From: an uncultured delta proteobacterium
GTDB lineage: Bacteria > Desulfobacterota > Desulfomonilia > Desulfomonilales > Desulfomonilaceae
Assembly (NCBI GenBank): GCA_963789265.1
Contig: CAWBKB010000005.1
Span: 608,001-672,000, forward strand
Length of the DNA stretch: 64,000 nucleotides
Direction of reading: 5' to 3'
Shown here: positions 8,793 through 21,268 of the stretch, piece by piece
How positions within the stretch are numbered: position 1 is the first letter of the stretch
How the letters are laid out: every line of letters begins with the position of its first letter
The notes under the pieces: generated by a model
Databases searched by the model: none
Told to the model about the DNA's origin: nothing
What the model saw: only the letters and a program-made list of their open reading frames with translations
Position numbers and translations under genes: made by a program

Positions 8793-10467
8793 CTGTGGCA
8801 CTCAAAATAGCTCCCTCGGCAGCCGAACTGACCATCGCTGCGTATCGAGCCAGATATCCCTCCGTTATCGAAGGGGCGGGCGACTTCCATTCGGAGCGTC
8901 GTTTGTTTAGCTCCTCTTCTGACACGTTCAGTTCGATTCTTTTCCCCGGTATATCAATGGAGATCTCATCGCCATCTCGGACGAGGGCGATGGTTCCGCC
9001 GTGAGCTGCTTCAGGAGACACATGACCGATCGCGGCTCCTCTGGTCCCGCCGCTGAATCGGCCATCAGTTACCAAGGCAACTGACTGGTCCAGGCCCATG
9101 CCGGCCAGCGCCGAGGTCGGGTTGAGCATCTCACGCATGCCGGGACCTCCGCGCGGTCCTTCGTACCGAATGACTACAATTTGGCCCGGTTTAATCTCTT
9201 TTCCTAATATGGCATTCACCGCCGTTTCTTCTGAGTCAAAGACACGAGCTTCGCCCTTGTTCTCGAGCATCTCCGCCTTTACTGCCGACTGTTTTACCAC
9301 AGCCCCATCCGGTGCCAGGTTTCCCTTTAATATGGCTATCCCACCAATCTGATGGTAAGGATTCGAGAATGGCCGGATTACCTCTGGATCCAGAACCGCG
9401 GCGGACCTGAGATTATTCCCAAGAGACTCACCGGTGACCGTCAAAACGTTCGGGTCGGCCAGGCCCGTGTCAACGAGTCCTTTGAGCACTGCCTGCACGC
9501 CACCCGCTGCGTGGAGATCTTCCAGGTGATGAGGACCACCTGGAGAAAGCGAGCAAATGTGCGGTGTTATTGAACTGATATCATCAAACAATTTCAAATC
9601 TATTTTGATCCCCGCTTCGATCGCAACGGCCGGAACGTGCAGGACGGTGTTTGTGGAGCACCCCAGTGCCATATCCACCGCAATAGCATTTCGGAAGGCT
9701 GCTTCTGTGGCGATCTGACGCGGACGGAGATCCCCGGAAACTAATTCCATCACCTTCATGCCGGCTCGTTTGGCCAGACGTATCCGTGCAGCGTCAACTG
9801 CCGGGATGGTTCCGTTTCCCGGTAGGCCAAGCCCAAGGGCCTCAGTTAGGCAGTTCATGGAATTGGCCGTGAACATGCCTGCACACGAGCCACAGCCGGG
9901 ACATGCCTTTTCTTCCAGTTCGGCCAACTCTTCGAGGGTCATGTCGTTGGCTTTTACTCTGCCTACCGCTTCGAATACCGTTATAACGTCCACCTTTGAG
10001 CCCTTGAATCTGCCTGTCATCATTGGGCCGCCGCTTATGATCACTGCTGGAATGTTTAATCTGAGCGCGGCCATAAGCATTCCAGGGACCACTTTGTCGC
10101 AATTGGGAACAAGGACCATCCCGTCAAACGGATGCGCAACGGCCATGATTTCCACCGAGTCGGCTATTAGTTCTCGGCTCGCGAGAGAGTACTTCATCCC
10201 GACGTGTCCCATGGCCAGGCCGTCGCAAACCCCGATGGTAGAGAATTCGAAAGGAGTGCCTCCGGACATTCTGATCCCGGCCTTGACCGCCTCAACGATT
10301 CGGTCCAGGTGGATATGCCCAGGAATCAGCTCGTTGGCCGAATTTGCGATTCCTATGAGGGGTCTTGCGATTTCCTCATCCGTGACACCCATAGCTTTGA
10401 ACAGTGCTCTGGAAGGGGCTCTAATAATACCGGTTTTTAACACATCGCTTCTCAATCTTTCCTCCAT
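8776..10467 (-). CDS. ilvD: Dihydroxy-acid dehydratase
   Basis: [55 protein letters not shown] and [11 protein letters not shown] motifs. Confidence 0.98.
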
Positions 10468-10487
10468 ACCTGTTTCGCCATCGGAGT

Positions 10488-11702
10488 TTATTTGTTGAGG
10501 ATTCTTTTCACCGGCGGCGCAAAAAGTCTGTCATAGACTGGTAACTCGCCGAGCAGAGGCCGCGCGTAGTTTTTGAATTCGACAGTTACATTGTCGACCC
10601 CGTCGAGGAAAGAATCCGGCATGCTCTTGGTCTCTTTCGCTACGTCTTCCAGTGGGGAGACATTATATCGAACACCATAATCCCCGACTCTTTCGATCGT
10701 TATGGAGCCGTTCACCGGATGCCACGCGGCGATCTGCACGGCCCGTTCGCCGACTTCACGAGCTTCATGAGCGTCGACTTCACTGATACACCCCAGGAAA
10801 GATCGCTGCAAGTAACCGAAGGTATCCGACCTAACTCTTTTGATTTTGAGCTTCTCTTTCACTAGATTCATCAAAGCATCCCCGAGAGATGTGGTCCCTG
10901 AAAGCTGAATATTGCCGTGGCTATCTTTTTCGACCCGTTCGACCAATCCGGCCACCACCGGAGTCCCGTTTGCGTCCTGGATCCCTTCGGAGACCGCGAC
11001 GACAACTCGGCCAAATTCCTTATATATTTTTTCGACACTGCCAAGAAATTCTTCAGGATCGAAGGCCTTTTCGGGCACGTAAATCAGATGTGGTCCGTCA
11101 TCCGGATATTTGCGAGCAAACACGGACGCAGCGGTAAGGAAACCGGCGTTACGTCCCATAACCACTCCTATATACACGCCGGGGAGGGACCTGTTATCAA
11201 GATTTACACCAGAGAACGCCTGGGCAACAAATTTGGCTGCTGAGCCATACCCCGGGCAGTGGTCCGTCACACGAAGATCGTTGTCGATGGTCTTGGGGAT
11301 GTGCATGACGCGTAGCTCATAACCTGCTTCCACAGCGAATTTGTCGACGATCCTGCAAGTCTCGGCGGAATCGTTCCCTCCTATATAGAAGAAATAATGG
11401 ATCCCGTGGGCTTTACAGACATCGAAGATGCGCTGGCAGACCTCTTCATTGGGTTTCATTCTGGTGCTGCGAATACCTGCACCGGGGGTCATGGCCACTC
11501 TTTCCAAGTTGTGGCCTGTCGCCTCTGAAAGGTTCATCAATTCTTCTTCCACGAGACCTTCCACGCCCCGAAACGCGCCGTAAAATTGGGTAATGTGCGG
11601 GTACTGGCGTGCCTGGAGCACTGCTCCAACGAGTGACTGGTTGATAACCGCCGTAGGCCCCCCACCCATGGCTATGATGGCTTTCCCCGTCAGTTTCTCC
11701 AT
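10488..11702 (-). CDS. pfp: Phosphofructokinase, probably PPi-dependent
   Basis: [14 protein letters not shown] (Asp at the phosphate-donor position), PKTIDNDL (Lys) and MGRNAG. The Asp/Lys pair is the PPi-type signature. Confidence 0.9.
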   Translation of the reverse strand: MEKLTGKAIIAMGGGPTAVINQSLVGAVLQARQYPHITQFYGAFRGVEGLVEEELMNLSEATGHNLERVAMTPGAGIRSTRMKPNEEVCQRIFDVCKAHGIHYFFYIGGNDSAETCRIVDKFAVEAGYELRVMHIPKTIDNDLRVTDHCPGYGSAAKFVAQAFSGVNLDNRSLPGVYIGVVMGRNAGFLTAASVFARKYPDDGPHLIYVPEKAFDPEEFLGSVEKIYKEFGRVVVAVSEGIQDANGTPVVAGLVERVEKDSHGNIQLSGTTSLGDALMNLVKEKLKIKRVRSDTFGYLQRSFLGCISEVDAHEAREVGERAVQIAAWHPVNGSITIERVGDYGVRYNVSPLEDVAKETKSMPDSFLDGVDNVTVEFKNYARPLLGELPVYDRLFAPPVKRILNK

Positions 11703-11962
11703 CGTCCACTCCTTATTTCTTATGGTTCAACTCTTTATCCGCGAACCCTAAGCTTCATCACTTACAAATTTCGCGGTCCGGACGGATTGACCACTACTAT
11801 TATGAAAGACTTTACCTCAATTGAGGAGAGTTTTTGCCGTTTGAACCACGAAGTAAATTAGACGAAACTCTTGCGTGACGTCAACCGCTCTTTTCCTCGC
11901 AGAAGGAGGTATTCGATAGTGAATTATTCGGAAAGTGGCGCTTGGCATCCGGGCACGGCATG

Positions 11963-12106
11963 GAGGCTGTCTCAAAATTGAAAATCCACCCGAAATCTGT
12001 ACTCCCGGGCTCAGGATTTCTCGTTCCAAGGCTCTGCCTTGGAATCAGAACTCTAGCGACTTTCGTGTCACGGTTTGGACCCGGTCCGCACTTTTGAGAC
12101 AGCCTC
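11963..12106. mobile_element. MITE (144 bp) with perfect 15-bp terminal inverted repeats and a CATG target duplication
   Basis: GAGGCTGTCTCAAAA (11963-11977) and TTTTGAGACAGCCTC (12092-12106); CATG on both sides; internal hairpin TTCCAAGGC-TCT-GCCTTGGAA (12024-12044). Confidence 0.85.
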
Positions 12107-12213
12107 CATGCTGTGCTTCTACTTGACATGTCGCGTGCCCGTACTGTGTTAGGAAAAACATGCCTTACTCTCTTTTCGCTGTCATTGATTTTCAATCACA
12201 TGATGGATAAGTT

Positions 12214-13545
12214 GTGCTCATGAAACCATCCTTATCTACCGAGAAAGCAATTCGAATTATCGAGACATTCGACAACCTGCCTGCCGAACAGCGTTTAGAG
12301 ATTTTCAGGGGGTTATCCCCGAAAGGTCGTGAGGAGCTACTCGAGGTCATTTCACGACCTACTGAAATCATCCGTCATGTATCCGAAGAGGAGACGTTTT
12401 ACACCGTAAAGGCTTTGGGCGAAGAAAACGCTCCTGCTCTCATAGCATTGACCACCGGAAAACAACTGTTGTATTTGCTGGACATGGATCTGTGGAAGAA
12501 AGACATGCTTGATAAATACGCTATAGCGAGATGGCTGGACATAATCTCAAGAATCGGTGAAGAGAAAATGCTACAGTTCGTGCAGGTCGCTGACCCCGAA
12601 CTCATCCTAGCGGCAATGGATCGTTTAGTAAAGGTGAAAATTCGGAATCCGGATATCGACTTCGTAGAAGAGAGTGATTCTCTGCCTACCTTCACACTCG
12701 ACGACATGTTTTTCATCGAGTTTCGAGTGCCGGATGCGGAACAAGTGCTCAAGAGATTTCTGGAGACCATGTTCCAATGGAACTCTCAGTATTACCTCAA
12801 CATGCTGCAGGAATTGGCCGCAGGTTTGCCGACAGAGAATGAGGAAGCAGCCCTGAAATGGCGACGCGCCCGTTTGGCGGATAAAGGTTTTCCTGAGTTT
12901 GAAGAAGCTGTGGAGATATATCACTACTTGCAGCGCGGAGCGGTAAGAGAGCCTTCGGCCGAATGGCAGACGGATGGACCCGAGAATTCGGGACAATCTC
13001 GTCATTTTATCGGCTATCCCTTGAAGGTACTGGACTCAAACAGCCTGTTCAGGAAATGCCTTGACGACATTTCAGATCTGTCGGAGAAAGATCGGTTTGC
13101 CGGAGAGCTTGCTCATCTTTCCAACAAGGTGATGGTGGCTGACGGACGCGATCCTGCTTCTATGGACGATCTCCAGGGTAGCCTGAAAAAGGTGAGCGGC
13201 TACATCAACATAGCCTTGGAAGAAATGACCGGCGATAACGTGTCTGAGGCCCTTGGATTGCTAAGATCCAATCACATGGAAATTCTGTTTCGAAGAGGAT
13301 TTAGCTTGATTCTTGACCTTCGAAAAGATGCGCACCGGTTGGTTAGGAACTATGAGGGGGGAGTCGAAAATCTCGGACACCCGTTAGCGGAACTCTTGAA
13401 GGGCCTTTTCCAGAAAAGGCCAATTTATGCCGGTAACGTGCTAGGCGATAGTAAAGTCAGAGAATTCGAGCAGATTGATGACATCAGAACGATTCGGGAA
13501 ATAATGGATCATGTAGCTCTTGAGGAGACCTGGGAATCTCTTTAG
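12214..13545 (+). CDS. Conserved hypothetical protein, DUF6178-like
   Basis: 443-aa acidic helical ORF with LLDMDLWKKD and EE.ALKWRRARLADKGFPEFEEA motifs, which I associate with DUF6178. Confidence 0.65.
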   Translation: MLMKPSLSTEKAIRIIETFDNLPAEQRLEIFRGLSPKGREELLEVISRPTEIIRHVSEEETFYTVKALGEENAPALIALTTGKQLLYLLDMDLWKKDMLDKYAIARWLDIISRIGEEKMLQFVQVADPELILAAMDRLVKVKIRNPDIDFVEESDSLPTFTLDDMFFIEFRVPDAEQVLKRFLETMFQWNSQYYLNMLQELAAGLPTENEEAALKWRRARLADKGFPEFEEAVEIYHYLQRGAVREPSAEWQTDGPENSGQSRHFIGYPLKVLDSNSLFRKCLDDISDLSEKDRFAGELAHLSNKVMVADGRDPASMDDLQGSLKKVSGYINIALEEMTGDNVSEALGLLRSNHMEILFRRGFSLILDLRKDAHRLVRNYEGGVENLGHPLAELLKGLFQKRPIYAGNVLGDSKVREFEQIDDIRTIREIMDHVALEETWESL

Positions 13546-13628
13546 ACTCTCATTGAATCTTAAGCGCAACGACTGTTCACAGTACAGAATTTGCCGACGG
13601 GAAGCCACCGCGGTTGAAAGGTCGTGCT

Positions 13629-13773
13629 GTATCAATTCACTTACGCGTGGCGAAAAATTGTCATTGCGAGCGAAGCGAAGCAATCTCTTCCCCTAAGGAC
13701 TTAGATTGCTTCGTCGTTTCACTCCTCGCAATGACAGGGGTTCGACAATTCCCCCTCGTAAGTGAATGGTTAC
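13629..13773. mobile_element. MITE (145 bp) with 17-bp imperfect TIRs, an 8-bp target duplication and an internal palindromic repeat
   Basis: GTATCAATTCACTTACG and CGTAAGTGAATGGTTAC (15/17 inverted match); flanks GTCGTGCT and GCCGTGCT (7/8); internal TGTCATTGCGAG...CTCGCAATGACA palindrome at 13659-13736. Confidence 0.75.
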
Positions 13774-13823
13774 GCCGTGCTCGCTTTTCTCACCGGATCA
13801 TCTGCCTATGTTCCGTCGGCTAC

Positions 13824-13852
13824 TTGCAATTTTGGTGTAATTGAGTTACTTT
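13824..13852 (+). promoter_or_regulatory. sigma70 promoter for mvhD-metV-metF
   Basis: TTGCAA, 17 bp spacer, TACTTT. Confidence 0.5.
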
Positions 13853-13905
13853 TAAATTCCACCCATCGTATTTCCATAGATGATCAGATTCAGGAGATCA
13901 GAATA

Positions 13906-14346
13906 ATGCAAGGTTTTGAACCTACTATCGTGGCATTTTGTTGTCATTACTGTGCTTACGGCGCGGCTGATCTGGCAGGTAGTATGAGACTGGAATATCC
14001 TCCCAATATCCGCATTATCCGTCTGCCTTGCACCGGCAAAATCACTCCTGTTTTCCTCTTGAGAGCTTTCGAAAAAGGTGCGGACGGAGTCTATGTGGCC
14101 GGATGCCTCGAAGGCGATTGTCATTTCATCCAGGGGAATTTGGTAGCAAAACCGCGGGTGAATTATACTAAGAAACTTATACAAGAAGTCGGCCTCGAAC
14201 CTGAGCGTCTTGAGATGTTTAACATGAGTGCGGCAATGGGTCCGAGGTTTGCCGAGGTGGCCCGAGAATTTACAGAGCGCATCAAGAATCTAGGCCCTAG
14301 TCCCATCAACAAGAAATACCGCAACCTCAAAAATGAGGCAGCATAA
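13906..14346 (+). CDS. mvhD: MvhD/FlpD [2Fe-2S] subunit
   Basis: AFCCHYCAYGAADLAG, RLPCTG and GADGVYVAGCLEGDCHF; AGGAG RBS before ATG 13906. Confidence 0.93.
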   Translation: MQGFEPTIVAFCCHYCAYGAADLAGSMRLEYPPNIRIIRLPCTGKITPVFLLRAFEKGADGVYVAGCLEGDCHFIQGNLVAKPRVNYTKKLIQEVGLEPERLEMFNMSAAMGPRFAEVAREFTERIKNLGPSPINKKYRNLKNEAA

Positions 14347-14390
14347 CCCGGTTCAGGCTTTTTTCAGCAACGTCCTTCTGGAGGCACAAA

Positions 14391-15059
14391 ATGGTTGTAG
14401 GTGAGAGAAAACCCTTCGACGAAATTACCAAGATGTTGGAGGGGCACAAGAAAATCATGGTACTCGGCTGCGGCGGATGTGTCACCGTGTGTTTGACCGG
14501 TGGGCATGACGAGGTCCGTGTTCTGTCGAGCCAACTTAGAATGGCCCGCGACAAGCAAGATAATCCTATAGAGATAATAGAAAAGACCGTGGAGCGGCAG
14601 TGTGACCCCGAGTATGTTGAGGAGGCTCACGCGATCGTTCCCGACGTGGACGCGGTCCTTTCTATGGCCTGTGGAGCCGGCGTGCAGTTCATGGCCGAAA
14701 GATATACTACTACCCCGGTTTACCCGGCATTGAACACCACCTTTGTTGGCGGCTCAAAGAAAGAGGGCTACTACGTCGAGCGTTGCCAAACCTGCGGCGA
14801 GTGCAAGCTTTATTACACCGGAGGGATTTGCCCTATTACCAGGTGCTCCAAGAGCCTATTAAACGGTCCGTGCGGTGGGTCCACCAAGGGTAAGTGTGAA
14901 ATTGACCCCGACGTTGATTGCGGGTGGCAGCTTATAATTGACCGGCTCAAATCATTAGGACTGATGGACCGATATGAAGAGATTATGATGGTCAACGATT
15001 GGAGAACCAATAGGGACGGCGGACCCCGCAAAATGGTGAGGGAGGACTTTCAAAGATGA
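14391..15059 (+). CDS. metV: Methylenetetrahydrofolate reductase small (FeS/Zn) subunit MetV
   Basis: GCGGCVTVC and CQTCGEC...GICPITRCSKSLLNGPCGG...GKCE...DCGW; the stop overlaps the metF start. Confidence 0.92.
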   Translation: MVVGERKPFDEITKMLEGHKKIMVLGCGGCVTVCLTGGHDEVRVLSSQLRMARDKQDNPIEIIEKTVERQCDPEYVEEAHAIVPDVDAVLSMACGAGVQFMAERYTTTPVYPALNTTFVGGSKKEGYYVERCQTCGECKLYYTGGICPITRCSKSLLNGPCGGSTKGKCEIDPDVDCGWQLIIDRLKSLGLMDRYEEIMMVNDWRTNRDGGPRKMVREDFQR

Positions 15060-15991
15060 GCGGCGAGTGTAAAACCGAAAGCAGGCTCGAAAAGATACTG
15101 AGATCCGGGAAGTTTGCCGTCACTGGCGAATGCGGTCCGCCTCGTGGAGCCGACCCCGAAGTTATCCGCAAGAAGTGCGGGCTACTCAAGAACAATGCGG
15201 ATGCTTTCAACATCACGGACAATCAGACTTCCGTGGTCAGAATGTCTTCCATAGCTTCTGCCGTGATTATGATGCAGGAAGGACTGGAACCGGTGATGCA
15301 AATGGTCTGCCGCGACCGGAACAGGATAGCAATTCAGAGCGACATCCTTGGCGGATCGGCACTAGGCATCAAGAACATGCTTTGTCTGTCGGGGGACCAC
15401 CAGAAATTCGGTGATCATCCGCAGGCCAAGAACGTCTTTGACATAGATTCCATTCAGCTTATTCGGACGGTTCGCGGAATGCGAGACGACGGTAAATTCC
15501 TTGGGGGCGAAGAGATAAAGGGCGTTCCCAAGCTTTTCATCGGAGCTGCGGCGAATCCCTTCGTGGACCCGTTCGAGATTCGTGTACCCCGCCTGGCCAA
15601 GAAAGTCGCGGCCGGCGTAGAGTTTATTCAAACACAGTGCATCTTTAATATGAACAAGTTCCGTGAGTGGATGAAAGGCATCGTGGATCGAGGGCTCCAT
15701 GAAAAGGTTTTCATACTCGGAGGCGTGACGCCGTTCAAATCGTTCGGAATGGCCAGGTACATGGCTAACAACGTACCGGGTATGGACGTTCCTGACGAGC
15801 TCCTCAAACGAATGAAAGATACTCCAAAGGAGAAGCAGGCTGAAGAAGGCATCACCATAGCGGTGGAGACAATAAAGCAGCTTCAGGAGACACCCGGAGT
15901 TGCCGGAGTCCATATTATGGCAATTGAGTGGGAACAAAAGGTGGGGGAAATAGCGGAAAAAGCCGGCTTGCTGCCGCGCCCGTCCGTGTAG
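15056..15991 (+). CDS. metF: 5,10-methylenetetrahydrofolate reductase
   Basis: VTGECGPP, NITDN, CRDRNRIA, LSGDH, KKVAAGVEFIQTQ and GVHIM motifs. Confidence 0.95.
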   Translation: MSGECKTESRLEKILRSGKFAVTGECGPPRGADPEVIRKKCGLLKNNADAFNITDNQTSVVRMSSIASAVIMMQEGLEPVMQMVCRDRNRIAIQSDILGGSALGIKNMLCLSGDHQKFGDHPQAKNVFDIDSIQLIRTVRGMRDDGKFLGGEEIKGVPKLFIGAAANPFVDPFEIRVPRLAKKVAAGVEFIQTQCIFNMNKFREWMKGIVDRGLHEKVFILGGVTPFKSFGMARYMANNVPGMDVPDELLKRMKDTPKEKQAEEGITIAVETIKQLQETPGVAGVHIMAIEWEQKVGEIAEKAGLLPRPSV

Positions 15992-16017
15992 GATCTGTAC
16001 AAAGTGATGGAAGAGCC

Positions 16018-16046
16018 AGGGGCGTCATCGACGCCCCTTTTTATTT
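16018..16046 (+). terminator. Intrinsic terminator after metF
   Basis: AGGGGCGTC-ATC-GACGCCCCT stem followed by a T-run; lies between convergent metF and gyrB. Confidence 0.85.
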
Positions 16047-16064
16047 CCTTGGAACAATAAACAA

Positions 16065-18532
<2,468 letters not shown>

Positions 18533-19630
18533 TTACCTGCGCATAGGCATTACCAGATTAAAGTAGTCTTTAACGGGCTCCGGGCGGATCACAAGCGGGG
18601 CCCCTTCCTGGTGGAATTCGAGAGATACCATGTCTGTGTCCACAACGCTCAATGCTTCTATCAAGTAGCCTACGTTTACAATTATGGTGAATTCTTCGCC
18701 CTGGTATTCGACCTCGACAGTATCTCGTGCAGGACCTAGATCGGGATGAGTCGCGGTCAATTCCACCTTTCCGGGATTCACGCAAACATCCACTCCCTTG
18801 TTTCGATCCGACGTCAGGATGGCTACTCTTCTCAGGGACTGCAACACTTTTTGACGATTAGCTTTGATCACTTTATCTCCAGGTTCAGGGATCACTTTGC
18901 GGTAGTCAGGGTAATCTCCTTCGATGAGACGTACCGTCATCATCAAACGCTCCGTCTTAAGAAACATGTTCTTCTCGTCAAAACCTACAGACACATCGCC
19001 CTTGAGATTTTCCAACACCCGTCTCAATTCCAAGAGTCCCTTTTTGGGGACCAGAATTGACGATTTAAGGGGGACTTTCACCTCCTCAGTAATCAAGGCC
19101 AGCCGGTGCCCGTCCGTCGAGACAAGTCGAGTTTTGTCAGCGTCCTCTTCAAATAGCACCCCGTTGAGATTGAATCTCGAATCGTCACTTGAAGACGCGA
19201 ACAGCGTTTTGTCAATCATATAGAGTAGCTTTTCGGCCGGAATGGAAACCATTTCAATTTCATCAAATGACGTCCAAACAGGATAATCCGCTGCATCCAT
19301 GCCAGCCAATTCGAATACACTTTCGCCCGAAACGATCTTGATCCGCTTGGATTCAGTTCCTTGCACGCTTATCTGTCCCGGAGCCAACTCTCTGACGATC
19401 TCGAAAATCTTTCGAGCCGGAACTGTAAGTGAACCGAATTCCTTACTTACATAAGTATAGGACATTTGCAGACCAACTTCCAGGTCTGTAGCTGTAATTA
19501 TTAATCGTTCGGAATCCGTAGCGTCGACGAGGAGGTGGGACAAGATCGGCAAAGTCGATCTCTTCTCAGTTATTGGAACGGTTTTTGAGAGCCCTTCGAG
19601 AAAGGAATCGCGCTCTATTTCAAAGAACAT
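18533..19630 (-). CDS. dnaN: DNA polymerase III beta clamp
   Basis: ATDLEV, STDGHRL, RLIEGDYPDY and C-terminal VMPMR; AAGGAG RBS before ATG 19630. Confidence 0.97.
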   Translation of the reverse strand: MFFEIERDSFLEGLSKTVPITEKRSTLPILSHLLVDATDSERLIITATDLEVGLQMSYTYVSKEFGSLTVPARKIFEIVRELAPGQISVQGTESKRIKIVSGESVFELAGMDAADYPVWTSFDEIEMVSIPAEKLLYMIDKTLFASSSDDSRFNLNGVLFEEDADKTRLVSTDGHRLALITEEVKVPLKSSILVPKKGLLELRRVLENLKGDVSVGFDEKNMFLKTERLMMTVRLIEGDYPDYRKVIPEPGDKVIKANRQKVLQSLRRVAILTSDRNKGVDVCVNPGKVELTATHPDLGPARDTVEVEYQGEEFTIIVNVGYLIEALSVVDTDMVSLEFHQEGAPLVIRPEPVKDYFNLVMPMRR

Positions 19631-19649
19631 AAGAATCTCCTTGACTCTT

Positions 19650-19853
19650 CTAGAGAGATAGAAAGATTTAGAAAGCAAGTAGTCTGAGTAGTAGTTGTGA
19701 ATTTGTTAATAGATCGACTAAACTTGCTTTTACAGCCGCGGAAGCCTGTTGAATAATAGTGGATGAACAGGCGGCCGAATCGTGGATAACCTCGAACTGA
19801 TAAGTTGCTCAGACTCTTTAAACAGGTTTTCCACATAGAAGTTACCACAGTTG
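19650..19853. other. oriC: Replication origin oriC (dnaA-dnaN intergenic)
   Basis: DnaA boxes TTTTCCACA (19827-19835, fits TTWTNCACA) and TTATCCACG (reverse complement of 19781-19789), plus weaker boxes at 19758 and 19841. TAG-trio repeats abut a tandem box-like TGTGAATTTGTTAATAG (19696-19712). Confidence 0.85.
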
Positions 19854-21204
19854 TCACTCCCTGATATCTTTCTTAAGTCCTTCGATCAGATTCTTCAGAG
19901 AATGGTCCTGTTCGAGTTTTCTTTCAATTTTCCTGGTAGCATAAATAACCGTGGAGTGATCTTTGCCTCCAAATGCCGCACCTATTTCCGGGTACGAAAA
20001 CTCCGTGAGACCCCGGGCGATGTACATGCCGACCTGCCGAGGGAGAAGCGTACAGCTTATGCTTTTTCCTGGATTTTATATCTGAGGGCTTGACGTTGAA
20101 TGCTTTTGCCACTCTGGAAATTATGTCGTCGATGGTGATATTCTTGGTATGCCGCCTTAAAATGTCCCTGAGGGCGGTTTCTGCCAGACTCCTCGTAAGC
20201 GGGATGCCCCTGAGTGTACTCATTGCAATGACGCGTATGAGATAACCAACTAGATCTCTTACGTTCGATTCCACCGCCTCTGCAAGAAAATAAGCAACCT
20301 CGTCCGGGAGATCCACGGAATCTTCGTAGGCCTTTCTCTTTAAGATGGCAACCTTGGTTTCCAAGTCCGGCGCGCCCATATCAGCAACCAGGCCCCAAAT
20401 AAATCTGGACCGTAACCTATGCTCCATATCGGAAATTTCATTGGGAAATCTGTCAGAGGTCAGAACAATCTGCTTTCTCGCCTCATAAATGCTGTTGAAA
20501 GTATGAAAAAATTCTTCCTGAGTTCGTTCTTTGCCAGCCAGAAACTGGATATCGTCGATCATCAGGAGATCTACGTTTCTGTATTTATTACGAAAATCCA
20601 CCATGCGGTCAAAGCGGATTGCATTGATCATCTCATTAGTGAATTCTTCAGAGGTGCTGAATGACACCCTCTTGGTCTTATCCTTGGATAGAACCGCATA
20701 ACCGATGGCGCTCATCAGATGGGTCTTTCCGAGTCCGGTTCCGCCATATATAAATAGAGGATTGTAGCTCGTCCCCGGGTTTTCAGAAACAGATAACGCT
20801 GCCGCGTGAGCAAACTGATTGCAACCTCCTACAACGAAGCTCTCAAAGGTATAACGAGGGTTTAAGTTCCGTTTCAAAGCGAATTCGTCGGTCATGCTCA
20901 GGAACTCCGGCAGCACGTCATAGTCGCTTTGCTGGGCGGCTGTGTCCAAGGTCGCATTCCCGAAATCGTCGCGGGATCTGAAATTCATTTCGTACCTTGT
21001 GCCGGTTACCTCGAGAAGGGAATCCCGTATTATCTTGACATAATTATCTTTAATCCACCCAATAAAGAAATTATTGGGAACGGATAGAACTACTTGCCCC
21101 TCCGATATGTCTTCACAAATTATAGGTTCGAGCCAGGTGGACATGGTATGATCATTCACCCTGGTTCGAAGCAACTCGATGCAGCGTATCCAGATATTAT
21201 TCAT
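19854..21204 (-). CDS. dnaA: Chromosomal replication initiator DnaA (apparent 1-nt insertion near 20043)
   Basis: [30 protein letters not shown] and DDIQFL...[10 protein letters not shown]. Removing one base restores domain IV PRQVGMY...[17 protein letters not shown], ending at TGA 19854-19856. Confidence 0.96.
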
Positions 21205-21268
21205 GTAAAAAAAACAATATTTTTAATATGATAGTTGTGTTAAAGAGTAGCACGGGGGGGTTGGGATT

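Noticed and set aside
13930..13965. Selenocysteine recoding in mvhD
   Set aside because: The relevant codons are ordinary Cys (TGT), and there is no in-frame TGA.
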